DNA from: Lytechinus pictus
Taxonomy: Eukaryota
Direction of reading: 5' to 3'
Assembly: GCF_037042905.1 (NCBI RefSeq)
Contig: NC_087245.1
Location: 39,806,001 to 39,870,000 of the forward strand
Length of the DNA: 64,000 nt
Position 1 is the stretch's first letter. The number at the start of each line of letters is the position of its first letter. Below, piece by piece: positions 12,301 through 22,228 of this stretch. The translations under genes were made by a program, and so were the position numbers. Under the pieces are notes generated by a model. The model had not been told where the DNA came from. It searched no databases and saw nothing but the letters and a program-made list of their open reading frames with translations.

Positions 12301-12569
12301 GGGGCACCGTCTTACAAAGAGTTATGATTAATCGGATCAATCGCAACTATGGAAAGCCAGCAACGTCAACATATGAAAATGCATGTTTGTTCAAAATATA
12401 GATTATGCTGTATATTCATACATTGTTTTCTCGAAAATTTAGTGTGCTTCTTTTTGTATGCAATGGACTTTGTGCAAATTTTCTGAACAAAAAAAAATAA
12501 TGACTTTGATGGATTTCCATACAGTTGAGGTTGATAAGAAAAATCGAAACTCTTTGTAAGACGGGGCCC
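12301..12569. mobile_element. PIF/Harbinger-like MITE
   Basis: TIR GGGCACCGTCTTACAAAGAG / CTCTTTGTAAGACGGGGCCC; second copy in opposite orientation at about 58454-58714. Confidence 0.8.
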
Positions 12570-15162
12570 TAGAATATAGGTCCACTTGAATGATAACCAT
12601 AGATATATATACTAATGCAAACTAGTAATATATCTTTATGATGATAACACACCAGTTCACTACTCAATACATTCATATCGCGTCATCTACCAAAATAAGT
12701 ATTTTTCCCCATTCCTCTTCCCTCCTTAAAAATAAAATATATTAGCTTATTCATTCTGTTTAAAAAATTATCCCAAAAGGTAGGCCTGTATTTTAAGACT
12801 AGCTATTTATAACACAAAGATAATGACAGTGTTGATCAGCTCGCCTCCCCATTGAAATTATTTTGTTGTCGTATTTGTGATGGTTTGGGGTTTGTGCATT
12901 TATATTCTTGACGTTGGAACTACGAGTTTACCTAACTTCACTTAAAAAACAGACACAAAAAATTCGGTATGAAAGTCCAAACTTTTACGGGACTTGCGAA
13001 TTTTAAAAAAATCAATTTTCAACAGTCATTTGAATTAATTTCTTTTAAATTACTACAGGATCTCTACCCCAAGTTTACATATTTTTCAATAAAAAAAAAA
13101 CTAACAAAATTCGTTTGACAAATTTCCCAATTGTAACTATCTACGAGATTTCTATATATCAAAATTCAATAAAATTTTTATAGGATGTGAATAATATTGT
13201 TGTGTTCTCGGAGGAAAATTATTTCTCTACTTGATGTACTCACCAACACCCGTGCCTTCAATTTGTCCAGAATGAGATCCGCCATCAAAAACTCGACTTA
13301 AAAAGTCAGGATATCCAGTAGAACTATACTATATAGTAACCATGGTAACCAGTAACTGATCGACTTAAGTAGTCGTTGAGGTCACTATACCAGATCGCAA
13401 CGCGAATAACTTCGAGCTAGCTCTTGTTAACTCGCGGATGATCTCAAAATCACTGCAAAAGTTAAGTCCAAAGTTAGTGCACAAATCATATGAAACTCGT
13501 AGCGCTATATTGTCAGCGAAAATAGCAAGCGAAGATCAGAAAACGAATAAAGTAATCTAGAGATAATATAAAATCCAAAGTCAATGCAGAAGTGACGTTA
13601 GAACTCAAACAATTAGAGTTAAGTAAATCCAATAGTGGTTCAAGACCGGGGTTCAAGACATGAACCACGTGGTTTAGTATAGGTGACTATATCCACGTCT
13701 GATATCACGAAATGCACTCTTCAAGATGACAAGAAGAAGTGAGGCAAAACACGTTACAACCATAGATATATAAAAAGTATATCTCTGTGGTTTCCACAGA
13801 AAAGGTTCCGATCAAGCCACGCCTCATAATAAAAATGATTGGTTGAACGAAAGTTTGTTGACCACAAACAAAAGCTGTCATTTGTTAGTAGTTTATAAAC
13901 CAAATATGATTGGTTGTTCAGAAAATCGATAAGGCGTGCAAGCTTTGGAATGCGCGTACCTCGTATTTTTTTTTACAAAACAGGGAATGTTTGCATATAC
14001 GCTTAAAAGTATGTGAAACATGCAATTTACAAAGGTGAATGGATTTTACTTAAAGTGAAGATCCTACACAATCATTTCGATTAATTTCTTGTACTAAATT
14101 TATATAGAATATGTTAAAATATCGGATATAGAAACTAGTAGTGCCCCTATTCATTTGAATTTCTATCAAAATTGCCAGTTTGCTTTAAGATATGTGATTC
14201 TATTAGCAAATTGAATGAATTAATATACGTAAGACGTCGTCAGTGGCGTAATGAATTTTGAGGCGGCTCGATATGGCGTATCGCGTAAAATTGATACGAA
14301 ATTGCGAGTTAGTGAAGAGAGCGAGCAAAAAACTATTTTTATCACAAAAATGATATATTTTACCCTTATCCCTTTCATTTTTTTTCTTGGTCATGAAAGA
14401 GCCCCCCCCCCCCATCTGTACGCCCATATGAATGATCCACCCACTACTTTCTTTTATGTGAAATGATAATTTATGATGGAATACTTTGAAATACAAGAAT
14501 TTACTGTAGTAATTCTGTTTTTGCATCGTGTTCACTACATTTATAATTGTGTTGCAAACTACTGACAATTATTGTGTCTTGTAATTATCGACTTTAATAT
14601 GTTTATAATTATTATGTGCAAAATCAATGTGTAACGGAAATTAATAAATCAAATTTATAACAAGGCGCCGCCCCTGCCCTGTAGTTTATTGCCGATATAA
14701 AAAATTAGAATTAATAGTTTGTAGTTAGATCATGGGCAAGTGATGACCTTTCCTCTCTGTACGGAAGCATTTCTCATCACGACGCAGAAATTGCGAAGAC
14801 AGTGACTAGAATAGCATGTCAATGTGTTCCACGTCTACTTTTACTGCATAGCATGCAGCTGCACTTATTTGGCTAAGTCTGTGTAAAATACCAGTCGCCA
14901 AGTAAATGGACGCCTGTTTAATATGGCATGTATGGTATGGTATGATATTTTATTAAATCATGCATCGCAGTTACAATGACTCAATTGCACATAATGGATA
15001 TACAACTATTAAAAATGTACAGTCTCAAAACAGTTGAATTATTTAAAGTACACAAATTATCACAGACTGAATGCAATAAATAAGGTACTACGTGCGTATT
15101 GAACCAGACATTTATTTACGATAAATAAAGAGTAATGTAAAACACACCCATAATTTAAACAA

Positions 15163-15330
15163 AAGAAGACGAAAAAGAAGAAGAGGAAGAGGAGGAAGAA
15201 GAAGAAGAAGAAAAAGAAAAAAAAAAGAAGAAGAAGAGGAAGAAGAAGAAAAAAAAAGAAGAAGAAGAGAAGATGAAGAAGAAGGAGAAGAAAAGAAGAA
15301 CTGAAGAAGAAGGGGAAGAAGAAGAAGAAG
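15163..15330. repeat. (GAA)n purine-rich microsatellite, left half of the LINE target
   Basis: Imperfect GAA/GAG repeats directly abutting the LINE 3' tail. Confidence 0.95.
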
Positions 15331-15688
15331 ATTGATTGATTGATAAAAATTTAACGACACTATCAACACATGCGTGTCATATAAGTGTCGGACAGTTAAT
15401 CTGGAAAGGTTACTATAATACAGTACAATTACCCTAATGCAACTTTACAAAGGAACAGAATTATAAATAAGTGATTATCAGCAATAAATTAATATGTTAA
15501 CTACTTCCCCGGGATAACTTCCCTACTCTTTACGAAAAGAGGAGTAGGTTTTTTAACGTGCAAATGGTGTGACTCTCCCTTACACGGGACCGACGGCTTA
15601 GAGTCTCCTCCGAAAGACTAGACAATTGGAATAAAATACCTTGCCCAAGGGTATACCTGTTGTGATTGGGAATCGAACAGTTTCCCAC

Positions 15689-18600
15689 CTAAAATCTAAT
15701 AAACAGATTGATCTCCTTTAGGAAATTTACAATACATAATCGTGAAATATCTCTAAATAATATCTTAAGGTCAGGAACATCATAAAAGTTAGTACGAATA
15801 TGTGCAAAATCAGCACATTCAATGAGGATGTGTTTTACTGTAAGTGTACAATTACATGATATGCATTGAGGTGGATTTTCTCCTGCAAATAAATATGCAT
15901 GTGTTAAGTGAGAATGTCCAATACGAGCACGGGTCAATACAATGTCTTCCCTTCGTTTAGCTAATGGAAGAGTATTTTGTGATTCAAGTCTTGGTTGGTG
16001 TTGATGGAGTTTATTATTAGGATTTAGATCCCATGATGTTTGCCATTTATTTCTAATATAAGTATTAACCTTTGATTTTAGATCAGTGTAAGGTATCTGT
16101 ATTTCTGTTATATCCAGATCTAAAGCTTCTTTAGCTAACTTATCAGCTTTTTCATTACCTTGAATACCTGTATGGCTTGGTATCCAAACAAATATTATTC
16201 GTTTACCTAGTGTATTAAGTTTATACAGAATTTCCAATAACTGAACAATATAAGGATGTTTATGATTTCTATTTTGTAATGCCGTTAAAGAAGACAAAAA
16301 ATCTGTATAAATAACAAAAAGTCTACCGACACAGTTTTCTACAACACCTAAAGCCATTTTCAAAGCTAATAACTCAGCAGTATATATGGAAGAACTATCT
16401 GGCAATCTAACTTGTCTTTGTATAGCACCACTGATACAAGCCGCACCTACTTTATTCTGGTGTTTTGATCCATCTGTATAGATTGCACGATAATTACGAT
16501 ATTTATGTCTTATTTCTCCAAATTTATTTAGGAAAACTAAATCACTTGTAAAACCCTTTTTATATGTTCTTAGTGTAAAATCAATTACTGGTTCAGCAAT
16601 CATCCATGGTGGAATATTAGATATCAAGGAAGGAGCTACGTTAGTAGCATCCAGTATATGTGTTAAAGCTTCTTTAGTACGTAAACCAAAAGTTTTGATG
16701 GCTGATGGTTTACTAGTATAAAAATTAATATATCGTGGCGTGAATGTACAATCATATGTCGGATTATGGGAGTTATTTTTTAACTTTATCGCATAGTGTA
16801 AAGAGAGTTTTTCGTATCTTAGATGTAAGGGGGGTTCATTAGCCTCCACATAAAGACTCTCCATAGGAGATGTACGAAATGCTCCTAGACAAAGTCGAAG
16901 TCCTTGATTCTGTATGGGTTTCAATTTTTCAAGATATGACTTTCGGGCGGAACTATAAACTGCACTGCCATAATCAAGCTTAGATCTAACTAAAGATCTA
17001 TATAAACGGAGAAGGACAATGCGATCAGCACCCCAATCCATTTTGGACACAACCTTCAAAAGATTTAAAGCTTTATGACACTTTTGTCTTACATAATCAA
17101 TATGAGCTTTAAAATTGAATTTATTATCAAAGATTAAGCCTAGGTATTTAGTTTGTTGAACTACAGGAATGATAGAGCCATTTATTCTAACTTTAGGATC
17201 TGGATGTACTGATCGTTTAGTACAAAAATGTACACAAACTGTCTTGGTTTTTGAAAAGCGGAAACCATTCTCATCTGCCCACCTTTCAATTCTATTTAGA
17301 CAATTTTGTAATACTGTTTCAATGGTCGACATACTTTGTGACGAACAAGAAATACAAAAGTCGTCCACAAACAAGGACTTATCAAACCTAGGGTTTACAA
17401 CGTCAACAATGCTATTGATCTTCAATAAGAACAAAGTAACAGAAAGTATGCTACCTTGAGGAACACCCATTTCCTGATTGTGTAATTCTGAAAAAGTTGA
17501 CCCAAGGCGGACTCGAAACACACGATTCGAAAGAAAATTCTGAATGAAAATGGGCAACCTGCCCCTCAACCCAAGATTGAAAAGGTCTCTCATAATTCCA
17601 TACTTCCAAGTAGTATCATAGGCCTTTTCAAGATCAAAAAAGACAGATACCACATGGTGACCTCGAATAATGCCATCACGAATGAAAGATTCAAGTCGAA
17701 TAAGTTGATCAACAGTGCTTCGATTATGACGAAAACCACTTTGAAACTTTGAAATCAAACCACGCTTCTCCAAGAACCAAACTAATCGGGCATTAATCAT
17801 TCTTTCCATGGTTTTACAAAGACAACTAGTCAAAGAGATGGGACGATAATTTGTAGGCTTAGATGTGTCCTTACCAGGTTTCGGAATAGGAATAATGATA
17901 GCTTCCCGCCACGAATCTGGGAAGTCACCTGTTCTCCAAATTTTGTTAAATATATCTAATAGAACTAAAAGAGATGCTTCTGGTAGATGTTTTAAAAATT
18001 GATAATGAATTTCATCTGGACCAGTTGCAGTATCATGACATTTACCGAGTGAGTTTTTCAACTCAGAGATAGTAAATGGGATATTATAATCCTTTACATT
18101 ATTTGATAAAAAATTGAGTTCCTGACTTTCTGCTTGATTTTTATAAATCTGAAATGTAGGAGAGTAATGATTAGATGATGAGTTATGTTCGAATTCCTCT
18201 GCCAGTAAATTAACAATATCTGTCCTTTCTGTACATTTATCACCATCCGATTTAGTTAAATACGATACAGAATTACTCAGATGTTTTCCACATATTTTCC
18301 TCACCATTTCCCACACTTTATTAATGGGAGTATGAATATTCAGTTTAGAAACATAATTTTTCCAAGATTGACGTTTATTTTTCTTGATAATATTGCGTGT
18401 CTTTGCTCTTGTTTCTCGATATTTTCGCAAATTGTTATTATTTGGGTATTTTTTAAATTTCCTTAAGGCCTTTTTACGACATTTAACAGCTTCTTTACAT
18501 TCAGCATTAAACCAAGGATTATGTTTACGATGAGAAGAACCAGATTTTGGTATCGTATTGGTAGCTATATCAAGTAATGTATGAGAAAACAAAGCAAGAG

Positions 18601-19390
18601 GATCCTCTGTATCCTGAAAATTATCATTGTTAATATTTAATGAACACTGATTTGAGAAAGCATCCCAATTTGCTTTGTGAAGTTGCCATTTAGGAACTTT
18701 TTCCTCTGGCAAAGGTCTTACAATTTCAATAAGAATAGGGAAGTGATCGCTACCACATTGTTCACTATGGACTTTCCATTGGAAATCCATAAAAATATTA
18801 GGTGAACAAATAGATATATCGATAGCCGTCATGGAACCAGAAGCTGGATGAAGATATGTAGGAGAATCATCATTTAAAAGACATAAATCAAAATGTTCAA
18901 GCATTAGCTCAACAATATTACCTAATCTATTTGAGTTCTGACAGCCCCAAAGGGAACTGTGAGCATTAAAATCCCCTACTAACAAAAAAGGTACAGGAAG
19001 CTGGTTAACTAGTCTAACTAATTCAGCTTCTGAAAGCTCATGTCTAGGTGGAATATATATGGAACATATTGTAAAAGTGCAGTGGAGGGTTATCTTAGCT
19101 GCAACAGCTTGTAGATTAGTATGAAGTTCAAGAGCTTCATGTGGAACTCCTTTCTTAATCAATATTGATGAACCTCCAATAGGTCTACCATCTATCAAAG
19201 AAGTACTAGTTTTATTAAACATATCATAACCCCTAAATGAAATATTATCTGAATCTCTCAAAAATGTTTCTTGTAAACACATAACATATGGATTATGATT
19301 AATTAAAAGACATTTGATTTCCTCATAATTAGGTTTTACTCCTCGACAGTTCCATTGAACAACGGCTTTTTCCTTCCCATGATAATACAT
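15689..19390 (-). CDS. LINE ORF2 polyprotein: AP endonuclease, reverse transcriptase, RNase H, C-terminal CCHC finger (1233 aa)
   Basis: QWNCRG, CLQET, GDFNAH, SDHFP (APE). YRPISL, QSGFR, FDLEKAYD, GVPQGS, FVDD, YLG (RT). YTDGS, AELLA, WIPSH.GI.GNE.AD (RNase H). CISC..TVKHILIEC. Confidence 0.97.
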   Translation of the reverse strand: MYYHGKEKAVVQWNCRGVKPNYEEIKCLLINHNPYVMCLQETFLRDSDNISFRGYDMFNKTSTSLIDGRPIGGSSILIKKGVPHEALELHTNLQAVAAKITLHCTFTICSIYIPPRHELSEAELVRLVNQLPVPFLLVGDFNAHSSLWGCQNSNRLGNIVELMLEHFDLCLLNDDSPTYLHPASGSMTAIDISICSPNIFMDFQWKVHSEQCGSDHFPILIEIVRPLPEEKVPKWQLHKANWDAFSNQCSLNINNDNFQDTEDPLALFSHTLLDIATNTIPKSGSSHRKHNPWFNAECKEAVKCRKKALRKFKKYPNNNNLRKYRETRAKTRNIIKKNKRQSWKNYVSKLNIHTPINKVWEMVRKICGKHLSNSVSYLTKSDGDKCTERTDIVNLLAEEFEHNSSSNHYSPTFQIYKNQAESQELNFLSNNVKDYNIPFTISELKNSLGKCHDTATGPDEIHYQFLKHLPEASLLVLLDIFNKIWRTGDFPDSWREAIIIPIPKPGKDTSKPTNYRPISLTSCLCKTMERMINARLVWFLEKRGLISKFQSGFRHNRSTVDQLIRLESFIRDGIIRGHHVVSVFFDLEKAYDTTWKYGIMRDLFNLGLRGRLPIFIQNFLSNRVFRVRLGSTFSELHNQEMGVPQGSILSVTLFLLKINSIVDVVNPRFDKSLFVDDFCISCSSQSMSTIETVLQNCLNRIERWADENGFRFSKTKTVCVHFCTKRSVHPDPKVRINGSIIPVVQQTKYLGLIFDNKFNFKAHIDYVRQKCHKALNLLKVVSKMDWGADRIVLLRLYRSLVRSKLDYGSAVYSSARKSYLEKLKPIQNQGLRLCLGAFRTSPMESLYVEANEPPLHLRYEKLSLHYAIKLKNNSHNPTYDCTFTPRYINFYTSKPSAIKTFGLRTKEALTHILDATNVAPSLISNIPPWMIAEPVIDFTLRTYKKGFTSDLVFLNKFGEIRHKYRNYRAIYTDGSKHQNKVGAACISGAIQRQVRLPDSSSIYTAELLALKMALGVVENCVGRLFVIYTDFLSSLTALQNRNHKHPYIVQLLEILYKLNTLGKRIIFVWIPSHTGIQGNEKADKLAKEALDLDITEIQIPYTDLKSKVNTYIRNKWQTSWDLNPNNKLHQHQPRLESQNTLPLAKRREDIVLTRARIGHSHLTHAYLFAGENPPQCISCNCTLTVKHILIECADFAHIRTNFYDVPDLKILFRDISRLCIVNFLKEINLFIRF

Positions 19391-20674
19391 TTACGTATTA
19401 TCTAATTTTTGAACCAATTTAATTTTAGAGGAGGGTTGATGAATTGGAGAAATATCCATATCATCATCTCTCTCAATTGATAATACATCATATTTATTTT
19501 TAGTTACTACTGAGTCAGTTAACTTTGGTTTTGATACATTTATCTGAGGTTTACTTTTCACTTTAGTTGATGGTTTTTTAGTTTCTTGATTACTTGAAGT
19601 ATTTCTAGTGGGAGGATCCCGTGAGAGACTTCGACTTCGGCGACCATCCTTAGTCTTAGTCTGCCCCTTCTTCTGTTGATCTTGTTTTTTAGTTAGAGAT
19701 TTAGGTTTCTCTGTATTTGTTGCTTTATTATTTTCAAGAGTCACAGGGAAATCACCATTTAACCAAGTTATGTCAGTTTGGGTAGTAGCTGTAGCCTTAG
19801 GCTGTTGAGTTACTTTAGATTGTTGATTAGTTCCTCCAGTGCTTTGTTTGGCCTTATCTGCGTATGAACAACTTTGAGTATGTTGTGTTTGATACAGCTT
19901 CCGTGCTTCAGGATAGGATAGGTTACCCAAAGCTTTCAATTCTTGGATTCTTTTCTCCTCGATCCACTTTGGACACGACCGAGAATTAGCAGGATGACTG
20001 CCACCACAGTTAGTACACTTTGATGGAACTTGGCAGGAAGAGCCAGTATGATCATCCTTGCCACAATTCTCACAACACTCATTCAGTTGACAATAGCTTC
20101 TGAAATGGCCAAATTTTTGGCACTTGAAGCATCGAATGGGGTTTGGGATGTAAATATCCACCTTTACTCGCAAATAGCCAACCTTGATATATGGAGGAAT
20201 GGTAGATCTGTTAAAGGTTAGAAACAAGGTATTGGTTGGTTTCTTAATTCCATTCTGATTGACTGTTATTCTATGGACATCGATTACTTGCTGATCAGCA
20301 AGTTCCTCAAGAATTTCATCATCGTCGCAGTCTCTAAGTTCAGGGCAGCGAACTACCCCTTTACACGAGTTTAAGGTCTTATGTGGTGAGACTTTAATAG
20401 GAATATTGACAAATTTGTCGGTCTTGAGTAAATTACTCGCCTGACCAGCTCTCTCGACTTCCACCAGAATATCACCTGATCTTAACCTTTTGATTGATTT
20501 CACAGGTCCAGCTAATGACTCGACACCTTTATTTATAGCAAATGGCGATAGTTTGAGTGGTTTATTTGGATCACTACCCTGAATGACCAGAAAACGTGGG
20601 AAGTTAACTGGCTCAGTACCATCATTGGAATTACTTCTACTCCGCTTATTGGATTGTTTGTTGAAATTAGCCAT
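19391..20674 (-). CDS. LINE ORF1, Gag-like nucleic-acid-binding protein with three zinc knuckles (427 aa)
   Basis: CFKCQKFGHFRSYC, CENCGKDDHTGSSC and CTNCGGSHPANSRSC, preceded by YIPNPIR, typical of I/Jockey-group ORF1. Confidence 0.95.
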   Translation of the reverse strand: MANFNKQSNKRSRSNSNDGTEPVNFPRFLVIQGSDPNKPLKLSPFAINKGVESLAGPVKSIKRLRSGDILVEVERAGQASNLLKTDKFVNIPIKVSPHKTLNSCKGVVRCPELRDCDDDEILEELADQQVIDVHRITVNQNGIKKPTNTLFLTFNRSTIPPYIKVGYLRVKVDIYIPNPIRCFKCQKFGHFRSYCQLNECCENCGKDDHTGSSCQVPSKCTNCGGSHPANSRSCPKWIEEKRIQELKALGNLSYPEARKLYQTQHTQSCSYADKAKQSTGGTNQQSKVTQQPKATATTQTDITWLNGDFPVTLENNKATNTEKPKSLTKKQDQQKKGQTKTKDGRRSRSLSRDPPTRNTSSNQETKKPSTKVKSKPQINVSKPKLTDSVVTKNKYDVLSIERDDDMDISPIHQPSSKIKLVQKLDNT

Positions 20675-21242
20675 ACTATTCTTTTTTTAATTCAGCACCA
20701 TTGCTCCCCACCCACCATCGGAGTCCAACAAGGGGACGTCATATATATATATAAGGATAATCACTTATACTGACGCCAGAGATACAGCAGTGCTATACTC
20801 AGAGCAAACCAAAATCCACCCTGATTGACCTGTTTAAGCAGTTGCCTTCTAAGATACTATACCAAAGTAAATTGAAAGTAGTGTCAAAAGAATCCAAGTT
20901 CAAACTATCACATCGCTTGAGATCAAACAACACAGAACCCAAAAATACACATCGAGAGACAACAAGAAATAAACCAGTTAAAATAGCATCTTAGGGCTGA
21001 ACACCACCAGCCGATTGATTTTAACCAGGCCTATAAAACCTCCCGACTAGGAGAATCCAGGGCCAAAATGACGTGTTGTTTCAGGAGGACCGCAGTCACA
21101 CCATCCACTCAATCATCAGGATCCCTTTCTCCCCCAACACGGGTCGCAGTCCACGGCAAAGAGACCGTCTCTTTTAGTCGCCTCTTACGACATGCAGAGA
21201 ATACAGCGGGTCTATTCTTTAATCCCCGAACCCGCAGGGGGC

Positions 21243-21405
21243 AAGAAGAAGAAGAAGGAGGAGGAGAAGAAGATGGAAGAAGGAGAAGGGGAGAAGAAGG
21301 AGGAGGAGAAGGAGAAGAAAAAGAAGATGGAGAAGAAGAAAACAATGAAAAAGAAAAAAAAAAAAAAAAAAAAAAAAAAGTTGAAGAAGAATAACAAGAA
21401 GATAA
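21243..21405. repeat. (GAA/GAG)n microsatellite and poly-A, right half of the LINE target
   Basis: Purine-rich triplet repeats directly abutting the LINE 5' end. Confidence 0.95.
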
Positions 21406-22055
21406 AAGATCACAATATTGCAAAATGAGAATACAGAGTACCGATATGTAAAAGGTAACATTTTAAATTGTGCTTTGTGAATATTGTTGTTTTCCAGTGG
21501 ATCTAATGAAAAGTACAATCCAAAAGAATATAATTGATAATCAAGACATCAAAGTTTGTGCTTATCTCATTGAAAATTAAACCACCATGCCATTTTGAGT
21601 TCAAATTACCTTCTTCGGAACATGCGCCAAATGGAACTATATAGGAACTGGCTGATATATATAAAATATATATGTATAAAAAACCCGCCTTCACACTGCC
21701 GACTACCGTCCTCTGATAACAGAAGAATATTTTCTTAATTCGTGTGGTAGGCCTATATACTTTTATTAGTTCAGTTCGTACTCCAAGTGAAGTGGTATTG
21801 AAACGACCAGTTCGTTTTATTGTGAAGATTGTACGCATACGGCCTACATATAATTTTGTTTTATAACTTTTGTTTGCTGTTCTCTCATACCACGAGAGGG
21901 GGTCGACAGAGGGAATAAAATATAATCTTGTCTTAACAGGAAGCAATTAACTCTAAAGAAAGAGTTTATCACCTAAAAAGAGAAGAAAAAAAATATTTTT
22001 TTAAAGAGTTAATTGCGTTTTTCGAAACTACTAAATTAGATTATTCATAAATCTG

Positions 22056-22228
22056 GGGAGCGTTTCATGAAAGGACTAGTTTTATCCAAAAAGTCCCATA
22101 ATATCCGATAGTTACCATAGTAACAGTGCTTAAGTTCTCAGCTGATCAAAATCAATGATAGTTGTCATCATTAGTTGTTAGATCCTATACAACTTGCATG
22201 CAGACAAAAATGCTGATGAAACGCTCCC
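22056..22228. mobile_element. PIF/Harbinger-like MITE (same family as 6156-6312, opposite orientation)
   Basis: GGGAGCGTTTCAT ... ATGAAACGCTCCC; shared internal GTTACCATAGTAAC. Confidence 0.75.

Larger units (their letters stand above)
15331..21242 (-). mobile_element. Full-length I-group (Nimb-like) non-LTR retrotransposon, about 5.9 kb, both ORFs intact
   Basis: 5' UTR 21242-20675, ORF1, ORF2, 3' UTR ending in a stem-loop (CGACACT...AGTGTCG) and (CAAT)n tail. Identical 15-bp AAGAAGAAGAAGAAG at 15316-15330 and 21243-21257 (TSD). Confidence 0.93.

Noticed and set aside
21060..21145. Hammerhead ribozyme in the LINE 5' UTR (CTGATGA..GAAAC..GTC on the minus strand)
   Set aside because: Core words are present, but stem II would close with T-T and stem I starts with a C-A mismatch; not a canonical fold.
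21068..21518. Several low-complexity ORFs (also 15112-15369)
   Set aside because: Produced by the GAA microsatellite and poly-A run.
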